Source: Enoplolaimus lenunculus
Lineage: Eukaryota
Direction of reading: 5' to 3'
Length of the DNA stretch: 64,000 nucleotides
Assembly: GCA_030248215.1 (NCBI GenBank)
Contig: JASANG010000727.1
Location: 310,001 to 374,000 of the forward strand
The position numbers and the translations under genes were made by a program. Every line of letters begins with the position of its first letter. Position 1 is the first letter of the stretch. Positions 52,401-64,000 of this stretch are shown one piece after another. Below the pieces are notes generated by a model. That model made no database searches, was not told the DNA's origin, and saw nothing but the letters and a program-made list of their open reading frames with translations.

Positions 52401-52621
52401 TAGGTTTAGCTTTAGGAATACGCTTAATCTACTGTTAGGTACGGCCCTAAAAGTAACATTGGTCAATACTTTTATGACACATATATGAAATTAAGCAATT
52501 GCGATGAATTAAAATAGAAACTTTCATTATGATTTATTCAACAAATTCGTACACGAGATCAGTAACCTGAGTACATCTGGATCACTATTGTGCCCGTGCC
52601 CTTTACATGACACAAGGGACT

Positions 52622-55600
52622 CTAACTCGCCGTATACAGTAATGTCAGTACCCATACCAGCAGTGTAACGATAATACATTGCGGATACGCAAACAGGTCC
52701 GAATTCGCAGCGGACTGTGGGACCAATTTTGGCTGCCTTTGTTTCAATTTAACAGGTATTTCGTTACACAATGGAGATCGGCAAAAACATACTTTTCCGC
52801 CTTTAAGTGAAATTTTGGACCGGTTGTAAATTCGCGATAAATCTGACTGTGTGATTGAGACACAGTTACGTTGAAGTAGGGCGGTTTCGTATAACGGTGC
52901 GTTTAACCATCCTGGTTCACGGCGTGCAGTTTCGCCAATGCATTCTTGAACTTCGATTGAAAACTGGGCATTTGCTTGCGGTACAAACATGAAATGGGCA
53001 CATGCGATGCCGTAGCAGAATGCCGACGAGTTTGATTCAATACGACACATTGGACTGTTTCCACAGTGGCATTTGATGCATGCGCGATCACCGGGACATT
53101 GGATTGCTGAAATAAAGTAAAGAATATATTTGATAACCTTTTATAACTCGTTTCATAAGTATAGCTTCGACTGAAAAGTTTAGTAAAAAACTGGTACGAT
53201 AAAAGACCTCTTATTTTACAAATTTTCAATTTTGTGGTACTTACTGTAGTGATCCGAATAAGAGGGGGTCTCCATTTAGAGTCCTAAGCAATCGGAGTCC
53301 GTATCCCAAATAAGACTTCGTAAGCGGATAGCGTACCTAAACCATTATTAGAGCCCATAAATGTCAATGATTCCAAATTGTAGCGCATAAATGACTCCAG
53401 GACCAAATAAAGTTGAGTTCGAAGCTTTAAAGCGTACTTAAGTTTTGACAGTACATTCCTTACCCTTGTATTTTATGACTCAAAAGCTTTTGATACAAGA
53501 GAGATAAACTATTCAACGGATAGTTGCAATACCCGCTATATATTAGTAAACGAAGGGCAGCGCGCAGGGCGGGTTAAAAATAAATAACAGTCTGTTACCG
53601 AATAACAAGGGGTTTACCCTCTGGAGAGGCCAAATAAATAAAAGTCCCCCCTCTTATTCGGGTCACTACAGTATATGTACAAATTTAAAATTCGCAGCTT
53701 GTAAGAAGGGTTTTTTCATTCGCTCAGCTTAATGGATGTTTTCCCTTAAAAATATTCAGGAGTAATATCCTATAGGATTTTCAACATTTGTGCTATATTG
53801 AATCCCAGAAAATCCTAAAACGTACCAGCAGTTTTGTGTCACGTTTTTGTAATCTCTATTAGCATCGCAAGTATTTTTAGTAATGTTTGTGTTGCGTTTT
53901 CAAGACACAACCAAAAAGCGCATAAATCGCACTCTGGCAATTTGGCAGCGAAAATTTCGGCTTTCCAAAAGTTGCATTGTTCAAAAATTTCGTTGAGATC
54001 TTTGTCTTATTTCAATTGTCTATGTTTGCCCAAAAGGAAACGCAAAAATTTTTTTGACCACACTTTACGGGACTACTGTTAAATTTAACACGGTTAACAT
54101 TTCCACAATCAATTTTTGTATCACAACCGACTCCGCGATAAAATTGATCGACCCCAGAAAAGATACCAAGCATGACCCACGTTACTTTTAAGGCCGTCCT
54201 GGTTTGTGGTGGGTCTGTAAAAGAGTAGGCTTACACTCTAGACTACATTTTTTGCTTATGCTTAGGCTTAATAAGCTTAGCATTAGGCTTAGGAATATGC
54301 TTTTGCAACGCATAGACTTAGGCGTAGGCTTAATAATAGGCGTAATCTACTGTTACAGCCTTAAAAGCAACATTGGCTCCGAGCATTATATCGCAATGTT
54401 GGACAACTTACGTGGGGCAAGTGTTGTCGTCGGTACTAAAATAGAAATGCATCAATTTCGATATGAATGCTGTGTACATCGAGTAGGAAAACCACGAAAC
54501 TTTCATAATTAAGCTACATTAAATAATATCGGTAGGCAAAATATTGATTTCACCAAATAATGTAGTTATTCCGACCTCGCTGAGGAATCTTAGAGGAGCT
54601 AAAAAATTTGCAGGAACAGCAGTGAAGGAAAGGCGTTTAGCGCATTTCTGATGAAAGAACGAAAAATACTAACCTTCACAACTGTCGCCGTACAGTACGT
54701 AACCAGACGGGCATTGACATTGATAGCTTCCTTCGGTATTCACACAAGTCGTATTGAAACGTCCACCTCGATCTTCGCACGGGTCTGCGGAAGCAGCACA
54801 TTCGTCAATATCTAAAAATAAAGTATGAACAAAACTCACAAACAATTCGGTCAATCCGGAGCGAAAAACACCTGCCTATAATTGTTTACACTTGCTAGTA
54901 ATGCGGGGTTCATGTTGTAACCGGAGCAGCTTAGACTATTCGGTAACATTTTGTCAGTTTATAAACCCTGTATCGGATTCAAAAATTCGTATTTGTCTGC
55001 TATTAACATGTGTGGATCACCGTTTGTTCTTCAATATCATATGATATTCGAGGTATTGTCTGCGAATATCATATGAGACATTTTCAATGTCTGCATACTG
55101 GATTTAACTTATACCCAAATTGTCCTGTTGAATATCATATGATACTAGAATTTGAAATTTGAATTTTTAAATTTTGAAGCTGTGGTTCTAAGGATTTTGT
55201 GTCGAAAACGATTTGCAGGCGTGTATTTGGTATTTAAAGCACATCATTGCCGTTGCCGTCCAACTTTTTATTTATTTATTAGTACCCAAAGGTTACACTG
55301 TCCCGCTGAATATCACATGATATGTGTTGAAATTTTGGTATATCATATGATATTCGCATAAATGTCCCACAGTATCACGTGACGTACCGTCCCGTGTACA
55401 CATTGATCATTTGAGAGCGGTGATTTGTAAGCTATGTCATATGACATTCGAGTTTTGGCTGTTGACCCGATATAAGAGACCAAATGTTAACGTTAACGTC
55501 AAATCAACATTGGACAAACCGTGTCCCGCCTGCCCTGGTTATAACGTGAACCCCGCATAAGTCTACTTAAGTAATATTCGCCTGACAGCTCGACAAAGTG

Positions 55601-58600
55601 TATAAAATAGTATATATCTGAACTGATGAACTTTTTCGCAAATTTTTTTGGTTTCAAGGGAACTTTGTAACCTCAAAATATCGAATGTTTCAAAATTTCA
55701 AATTTGAATGCGGAATGACCATAAGTACAGGGAAGGTCGTGAGAAGCTTTACTTCTGTTAAAGTTTCAAAATAGGACCGTTTTTAAGCAAACACCGACTG
55801 CTTGGGCGAATAACGGAATAGAAAAGGCCGCACGATCAACACAGAAAAAAACCGAAATTCTTGAACCATTTGCATATCGTTGCAATTCAGTTATTTTTTT
55901 TGCTTTCACGACGCCATGTAACAAGGTCTTTCCATTAAAATTAAGAATATCTTCAAATTGCCAAAGGTACATAACCCTCGTATATATCTCGTGCTACTTG
56001 GTTACAAATATCTTAAGACTACCGCTCACTTATTGTTTAATAGGTACCATACAGATTGATCCAGAAATGATGTAACGAATATGATAATCTGAAACCGAAA
56101 AATACGTGACAACGAAATTCAAACAAAATGATAGAATTAACCAGTAGGTTTCTTTCAAAAGCCGATTTAAAATAAAATTCAAAATGAATCTTGCATTTAT
56201 ATGCGCAAATAACTTTAATGTTCTCGCATTTTAAAATAATTAAGTACCGGTTCATTTTCAAGTCAGCTTAATAAAAACAACAAATGTTAGTTATTTATAG
56301 TTAATACGAGCAAGAGTGCATGGATACAAGAGTATGTAAACTCTTGGGGTTTTGCATGGTACAAAATGTACCACTTGGCGTTGCGTTTTTGGCCTTGGTA
56401 ACAATTTCTGTTATATTCTTCTTAGCAATTTCTGTTATAATTCTTGTTAACAATTTGTGTGATATTCTTGTTAACAATCTGTGATATATTTTTGTTAACA
56501 ATCTCTGTTATTCTTGTTAATAATTTCTCTTATATTATTGTTAACAATTTGTGTGATATTCTTGTTAACAATTTATGTGATATTCTTGTTAACAATTTAT
56601 GTGATATTCTTGTTAATAATTTATGTGATATTCTTGTTAACAATTTATGTGATATTCTTGTGAACAATCTCTGATATATTCTTGTTAACAATTTCTGTTA
56701 TATTCTCGTTAACAATTTCTGTTATATTCTTGTTAACAATTTATGCGATATTTTGTTAACAAGTTATGTGATATTCTTGTGAACAATCTCTGATATATTC
56801 TTGTTAACAATTTCTGTTATATTCTTGTTAACAATTTCTGTTATATTCTTGTTAACAATTTATGTGATATTCTTGTTTGGGATTTGGAAACTGATTACTC
56901 CCAATTAGGTTCCGCGGATATAGCTTTCCCACAATTTCTGTTATATTCTTGTTAACAATTTCTGTTATATTCTTGTTAACAATTTATGTGATATTCTTGT
57001 TTTAACAATTTATGCGATATTCTTGTTAACACCTCTGATATATTCTTGTTAACAATTTCTGTTATATTCTTATTAACAATTTCTGTTATATTCTTGTTAA
57101 TAATTTATGTGATATTCTTGCTAACATTTTATGTGATATTCTTGTTAACGACTTATGTGATATTCTTGTTAACAATTTCTGTTACATTCTTGTTAACAAT
57201 TTATATGATATTCTTGTCAACAATTTATGTGATATTCTTGTTTGGGATTTGGAAACTGATTACTCCCAACTATACTAGGATCCGCGAAATATAGCTTTCC
57301 CACAATTTCTGTTATATTCTTGTTAACAATTTATGCGATATTTTGTTAACAAGTTATGTGATATTCTTGTGAACAATCTCTGATATATTCTTGTTAACAA
57401 TTTCTGTTATATTCTTGTTAACAATTTCTGTTATATTCTTGTTAACAATTTATGTGATATTCTTGTTTGGGATTTGGAAACTGATTACTCCCAATTAGGT
57501 TCCGCGGATATAGCTTTCCCACAATTTCTGTTATATTCTTGTTAACAATTTCTGTTATATTCTTGTTAACAATTTATGTGATATTCTTGTTTTAACAATT
57601 TATGCGATATTCTTGTTAACAACCTCTGATATATTCTTGTTAACAATTTCTGTTATATTCTTATTAACAATTTCTGTTATATTCTTGTTAATAATTTATG
57701 TGATATTCTTGCTAACATTTTATGTGATATTCTTGTTAACGACTTATGTGATATTCTTGTTAACAATTTCTGTTACATTCTTGTTAACAATTTATATGAT
57801 ATTCTTGTCAACAATTTATGTGATATTCTTGTTTGGGATTTGGAAACTGATTACTCCCAACTATACTAGGATCCGCGAAATATAGCTTTCCCACAATTTC
57901 TGTTATATTCTTGTTAACAATTTGTGTGATATTCTTGTTCACAATTTATGTGATATTCTTGATAACAATTTATGTGATATTCTTGTTAACAATCTGATAT
58001 ATTCTTGTTAACAATTTATGTGATGTTCTTGTTAACATTTTATGTGATATTCTTGTTTGGGATTTGGAAACTGATTACTCCCAATTATACTAGGATCCGC
58101 GGATATCGCTTTCCCACAATTTCTGTTATATTCTTTTTAACAATTTCTGTTATATTCTTGTTAACAATTTATGTTATATTCTTGTTTTAACAATTTATGT
58201 GATATTCTTGTTAACCATCTCTGATATATTCTTGTTAACAATTTCTGTTATTTTCTTATTAACAAATTCTGTTATATTCTCGTTAATAATTTATGTGATA
58301 TTCTTGCTAACATTTTATGTGATATTCTTGTTAACAATTTATGTGATATTCTTGTTAACAATTTATGTGATATTCTTGTTTGGGATTTGGAAACTGATTG
58401 CTCCCAACTATACTAGGATCCGCGAAATATAGTTTTCCCACAATTTCTGTTATATTCTTGTTAACAATTTGTGTGATATTGTTGTTCACAATTTATGTGA
58501 TATTCTTGTTAACAATTTATGTGATATTCTTGTTAACAATTTCTGTTACATTCTGGTTAACAATTTATGTGATATTCTTGTTAACAATTTATGAGATATT

Positions 58601-59921
58601 CTTGTTTGGGATTTGGAAACTGATTACTTCCAATTATACTAGGATCCGCGGATATAGCTTTCCCACAATTTCAGTTATATTCTTGTTAGTAATTTATGTG
58701 ATATTCTTATTAACAATTTATGTGATATTCTTGTTAACAATTTATGTTATATATATTCTTGTTAATAGTTCACAGAGAAACACACGAACGAAAAAACGTG
58801 GTGAATATTGTGCTGTAAAGAGCTGAAATTATGAAAATAGCCACGCATAAAAACACTGTACCATGACACTGATGAAGTCCTGATTGGTAATAACCGGACG
58901 GGCATTTGCAAACATACGTTCCAATTGTATTAACGCAGATAAGATCTGCTGACACGTTATACTGCGCACAAATGTTTTCATCCAGTTCGCATTCGTTCAC
59001 ATCTACAACAATAATTAAATGTATGCAGAGAGAACGAATACTGATTCGAGTTCCAACACAAGATCTCACTTCTTTAGATTTTCCATAAATATCGATTACA
59101 TTGTTAACTCAAGTGTAAATTTTAAATTTGACCCTATCAAAATTAATGTAAGGATAGAAGTACTGAAACAAAGGAACAGCATCGTAGAACAAATGGAATA
59201 CAAAACCAAAATACGGTATTTTAGAAGCTAAAATGATATTTCAAGTTTCATTTATTAAGTTACAAAGCGTAAATCCAACGTAGTCACTAGAACAATAAAC
59301 TACCATATTTTGAATCATGTCCCAATTTGGAGCTGGTAAAAATATTACCCAAGGTTTTCTGTGCAGTTTTTTTCTGCATCTCACCGTCCCAGCTATTTCA
59401 TTTTGTCGTTTCAACTTCTTCGGTATTCGTTTAATAAAAGACGCTCGTCGATTACTTAACATATATATACTGCTATTAACTTCTATTACTAAACAAGACC
59501 CAAGTATTAAAGATCAGGGACGGAACGTTTTTCTGTCGGACTAGAACAGAGTAAGTTTAAGCTTTCGACTAATTTTTTGCTTGGCTTAGGCTTAGGCTTA
59601 GGCTTAGGCTTAAGTTTAGGAATATGCTCATTCTTACGCTTTGACTTAGGCTTAGGCTTAGGCTTAGGAATATGCTCATTCTTACGCTTAGGCTTAGGCT
59701 TAAGAATACGTTTATAATACTGTTCGGTCCCTGTTCTTTACATTGGCCGTAAACAATATGCAAAAACCTCAAAAATCACGCTAAACATTTCATACCGACA
59801 CAAGTGTCATTTGCGTCTTTGACATATCCTTCAATACACTGACATTCGTAACTTCCACCAGTATTAACGCAAATTTCGCGATTTGAACATAAATTCGCAT
59901 CCGCAGCACATTCGTTACGAT
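52622..59921 (-). CDS. 3' part of a surface protein: at least three calcium-binding EGF exons (59921-59796, 59002-58862, 54811-54674) plus terminal exon 53106-52622 with Ly6/LU-like cysteine domain and GPI-type tail; 5' exons not identified
   Basis: DRNEC/DVNEC/DIDEC...CVNT.GSY.C.C..GY in phase-1 exons. The last exon encodes CIKCHC..CYGIAC..C..C..CFCRSPLCN, then small residues and a hydrophobic C-terminus with no cytoplasmic tail. Confidence 0.8.
56400..58768. repeat. 24-bp satellite with periodic ~60-bp interrupting block and ~590-bp higher-order duplication
   Basis: Unit ACAATTTATGTGATATTCTTGTTA. Block TTTGGGATTTGGAAACTG... at 56876, 57241, 57466, 57832, 58056, 58379, 58605. Confidence 0.95.
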
Positions 59922-60187
59922 CTAAAAATGTATCAAAAAAATTCATAACTTCACAATAAGTTGGGCCAACGTTACTTTAAGGGGCGTAACAGTAGATTAA
60001 ACGTATTCCTAAACCTAAGCCTACGCCTAATCATTACAAAAATGTGTTCCTCAGCCTAAGCCTAAGTCTAAGCCTAAGCCTAAGCAAAAAAATGTAATCT
60101 AGGATCTCAACCTACTGTTTTATAGACCCATCAGAAACCTGGACATCCTTTAAAGTAACAGGGGCCGTAAGTTGTATACTTTAGTAC

Positions 60188-61324
60188 TGAAACAAGTTGT
60201 TAAAGTGCCCCTAACCGGGCCATAGAAAAAGATATGTTTTGAAAATATATTTGATGTGTAACGGGTAAAGTTTAGAAACAAGGGACTCGAACAAATTTTG
60301 AAAGTTAAATTCACGTACTACCTTTTTTCACAAAAATCGGGCTTATTTTCTAGGACAGCATATTTCAGATTGCCAAAAAAAGTTTTGGCGGTCACAAGCA
60401 AGCTGTGATGTGTCACACAGAAACATATTCACAGCTTTGGGCGGCCATAAATCAAACAGTATTATATTTGATGTTTTCCTTCGGTTAAAAAGAAATTTGA
60501 CAAATTTTGTAATCGCTTTGTTTCATGATAAAATTTTGAAGAACCCTTGAGAAGTCTGCGTACCTGAATTGTACTGGCAAAGTGCAATATTTTCGGAAAC
60601 TTTATATATTCGTTTATAATTTTGCGTAATTTAGCATTAGTTTACAGCGTGAACCAGGAAGCAACCGTAGGTTAAAATACCGGAGTCAGAGTTGAACCAA
60701 AATTTGCCTTAGTCGGAGAGGTCGATTTTATGCCGGAGACGAAGGCTGACGTCGCATTATACTGTGCTATGAACAATGGGCCACTCAAAAACAAAGGTTA
60801 AGATTTCGATAAAACTAAAGTTGGTTATAAAGCTTCATACTGCCATCTATGTTTGTAAATTATCATTTTTGTATAAAATCCACACAGGGTTAGAAATTTG
60901 TGCCGTGAAAAATGGCACTTATTAGTGCCAGTAGTAGTAAATAGGTAAACATTTGTTTCATGGTGTTTGAATAAGATGAAAATCACATATCCACAGCGCA
61001 TGTTCAAAGCGTCTATCCCCTGAGTCATTTTTTTGCGATAACGGGTAATTCAGAAAATTACGAAACTATCAAACAAAGCTGTGAATATGTTTCTGTGTGA
61101 CACATCACAGCTTGCTTGTGACCGCCAAAACTTTTTTGGCAATCTGAAATATGCTGTCCTAGAAAATAAGCCCGATTTTTGTGAAAAAAGGTAGTACGTG
61201 AATTTAACTTTCAAAATTTGTTCGAGTCCCTTGTTTCTAAACTTTACCCGTTACACATCAAATATATTTTCAAAACATATCTTTTTCTATGGCCAGGTTA
61301 GGGGCACTTTAACAACTTGTTTCA
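60188..61324. mobile_element. Element with ~252-bp near-perfect inverted arms; Kolobok-like core 60204-61308
   Basis: Arms 60188-60439 and 61074-61324; TTAA|AGTGCCCCTAACC...GGTTAGGGGCACT|TTAA. Confidence 0.7.
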
Positions 61325-63423
61325 CAACTTTACAAAAGTAACTTTGTTCTGATACGGGTATAGATACTGAAAAGATCGAACAACAAACAAAATTGAATTG
61401 ATACTAACTTACCAAGATTATTAAGTCACTCATAACCACTAACTTACCAAGATTATTAAGTCACTCATAACCGATGTACCAACCCCACCAATTATTATTT
61501 TAATCGATCCGCATTCATGATAGTTTGCTCTACCTAGCTATGTATATTCCTGTTTTTAAAACAATTTTCTTTACAGATTTTAAAAAAGTCAACGCACAGT
61601 ATGACGAAAAACCAGATAATGTAGCATCAACTGTTGCATAACAATACGCTAAGCCAACACACTAGGCAATGCTTAAAAAATAATTGTTGGCTCTATGTAC
61701 CGGGGCTGCGTAGTTTTATAGTTTACTTCGACGCCGTTTATCTGAGTCAAAATACGAAGAAAATTTGCACAAAAATTAGAGCAAACTTTCGCCTAGTTTG
61801 CTACTACAGAATTTGAATGGAACCTGACATTGTATGTAGTAAGCTTATAGTATGATGTTGCTACATGCGATAAATTATACATATCTAAACTAGCTGCATG
61901 AAAATATGAACGATTTTTAGAATCAAAAATTTTGGGTAAAACATATTATAATAATAATAATAATAAAAATAAAAAATAAATAATAAGAGACACTACCGTG
62001 TCCTTATGATGATTATATATTTTAAAATACTGACCGTAGCCTAATTTTAACGAAACTGATACATAGTGTTTAAAACACCATTAGCTTGTTGTTGTCTTTG
62101 TTATCTTCGCAGTTTATAGCTTTTACGGCCAATTTTACTTTGACGGTTGTGACAGCAGTAAAGTATATTATTAAGCCTATGCCTCAGAGTAAGGATAAGC
62201 AAAGTACCATGCCTAAGCCTAAGCCTAAGGAAAAAATTTGTCTGATGTTCAAGTTTGTGTGATAGTGTACGAAAAAAATGGTTTGCACCTCAAAGCAGCA
62301 TAAGCCGCTTTTACAGCATTAAGGATAACATAGCAGTACATGAAGAAAAATTACATAATCTGTACATCTCCAATTTCAACTTGAAATGATATACTGAGCG
62401 TGATTCACAGTACACTATAAAATTGATATACTACAAGGGGCCAATGTTAATACTTTAAGAGACGTAACAGCAAATTAAGCGTATTCCAAAGCCTACCCTA
62501 AGCCTAAACGTTGCAAAAATGTATTCCTAAGCCTAAGCCTAACCTAAGCCTAAGCGTTACAAAAATGTATTTCTAAGCCTCGCCTAAGTCTAAGAAGCGT
62601 TGCAAATATGTATTCCTAAACGTAAGCCTAAGCCTAAGCAAAAAATGTAATCTACAGTCTAAACCTACTTTTATATAGACCCATCAGAACCCTGGACGCC
62701 TCTTAAAGTAATATGGGCCCTACAAGGTATAAAAAATGCTTGACAGAGCAAAAACCGCTATTGCAGAATTTGTCAACTGGTCTCAGTAAATGTTTCTGCA
62801 AGAGGGCGAACTCGTTGGTACACAGGCCGCTTTCTTCTGAAGTTGCAGCGGCAGAGGTACCGAATCTTGACCCCCCTAAGATTTTGATAAAGTGGTCCAT
62901 CCTATAGATCTCGACGAGCTAAACTCAACGGTAACATTTTTATGGCTGTATGACCAACGGTTCAGAAGTTATGGCCATCAAAATTATAGTGCAAACACGC
63001 ACAGATTGGAACAGGAAGTATCTATCATTCACATGTTCGTAACATACAAGCTTAGCCAGGTTTATTGCTAACACAAATTTGATTGTTGTTTGTACACGTT
63101 TTATATGGCAAAAAGTTAACATTTAAAGGGCTAACTATTGAACCGATGACCCTGCAGCGCTAAAAATGGCACCATTAAACTCAGTCGCTTTGAAATCTAA
63201 AAATGAACTATTTTTATTAAAATCCTAGGGGGTTCCATATTCCGTACCTCCGACGTTGCAGCCTTGCTCTGGTCCATGTTACTATAAAGACTGTCCCAAT
63301 TTCCCGGGACACAAATATACTCGGAGTGCACCCTTATGCGCTGCTGTTTACATATGCACAGAAAGATATATTTTCGTAGGATATATATTATATATATTAT
63401 ATATATTTATATATTTATATATA

Positions 63424-64000
63424 TCTGTCCCATCTGTCCCAACTTTCACATCTGTCCCAACTGCCCCATATGACCTATCGGTCCATCTGTCCCAAATGTC
63501 CAAACCGTCCCATCTGTCCCGTTTGTCCCAACTGTCCCATCTGTCCCATTTGTACCGCTGTCCCATCTGTCCCGCTGTCCCATCTGTCCCGATGTCCCAT
63601 CTGCCCCATCTGTCCCAACTGTCCCATCTGTCCAACTGTCCCATCTGTCTCAACTGTCCCATCTGTCCAAACTGTCCCATCTGTCCCATCTGTCCAAACT
63701 GTCCCATCTGTCCCATCTGTCCAAACTGTCCCATCTGTCCCATTTGTCCCAATTGTCCCAACTGTCCCATCTGTCCCATATATCCTATCTGTCCCATCTG
63801 TCCCAACTGTCCGAACTGTCTCATCTGTCCAAACTGTCCAAACTGTCCCAACTATCCAAACTGTCCAAACTGTCCCATCTGCCCCGCTGTCCCAACTGTC
63901 CCATCTGTCCCAACTGTCCCATCTGCCTCAACTGTCCCATCTGTCCAAACTGTCCCATCTGTCCCAACTGTCCCATTTGTCCCAACTGTTCAATCTGTCC
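63424..64000. repeat. 9-bp minisatellite (CTGTCCCAT/CTGTCCCAA) inside a GGNCCATGTTACT-type element starting ~63271; runs off the window end
   Basis: Direct reading; the leader matches the element at ~31266-31544. Confidence 0.9.

Noticed and set aside
56400..58768. CRISPR-like repeat/spacer array and the hydrophobic ORFs in it
   Set aside because: The interrupting blocks are repeated rather than unique, the context is eukaryotic, and the ORFs are satellite translations.
63348..63851. (GQM)n collagen-like ORF
   Set aside because: Translation of a 9-bp minisatellite inside a MITE; frames shift and there is no exon context.

Overview
AT-rich, intron-rich animal genomic DNA, most likely nematode. 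This is an inference from abundant TTAGGC telomere-type repeats and TTTCAG-type acceptors. I reconstructed five host genes by hand: ZFAND1 (+), a greatly extended CCDC28-like gene (-), RCC1 (-), MED20 (+), and the 3' part of a cbEGF + Ly6/LU-like + GPI-signal gene (-). Introns and intergenic DNA are dense with MITEs (hAT-, Tc1/mariner-, PIF-, Merlin-, Kolobok- and Helentron-like), satellites and LTR remnants. The top finding is a near-intact L1/Tx1-clade LINE (~15770-21132) whose ORF1 carries, after the RRM-like region, CCHC knuckle and poly-Q linker, a C-terminal NADAR (YbiA-like ADP-ribose-processing) domain. The second is a 623-bp TRIM-like mini LTR retrotransposon (4571-5193) with a tRNA-Pro-like Pol III cassette inside each LTR, resembling plant Cassandra elements but with tRNA instead of 5S. 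All calls come from reading motifs by eye; no database searches were run.
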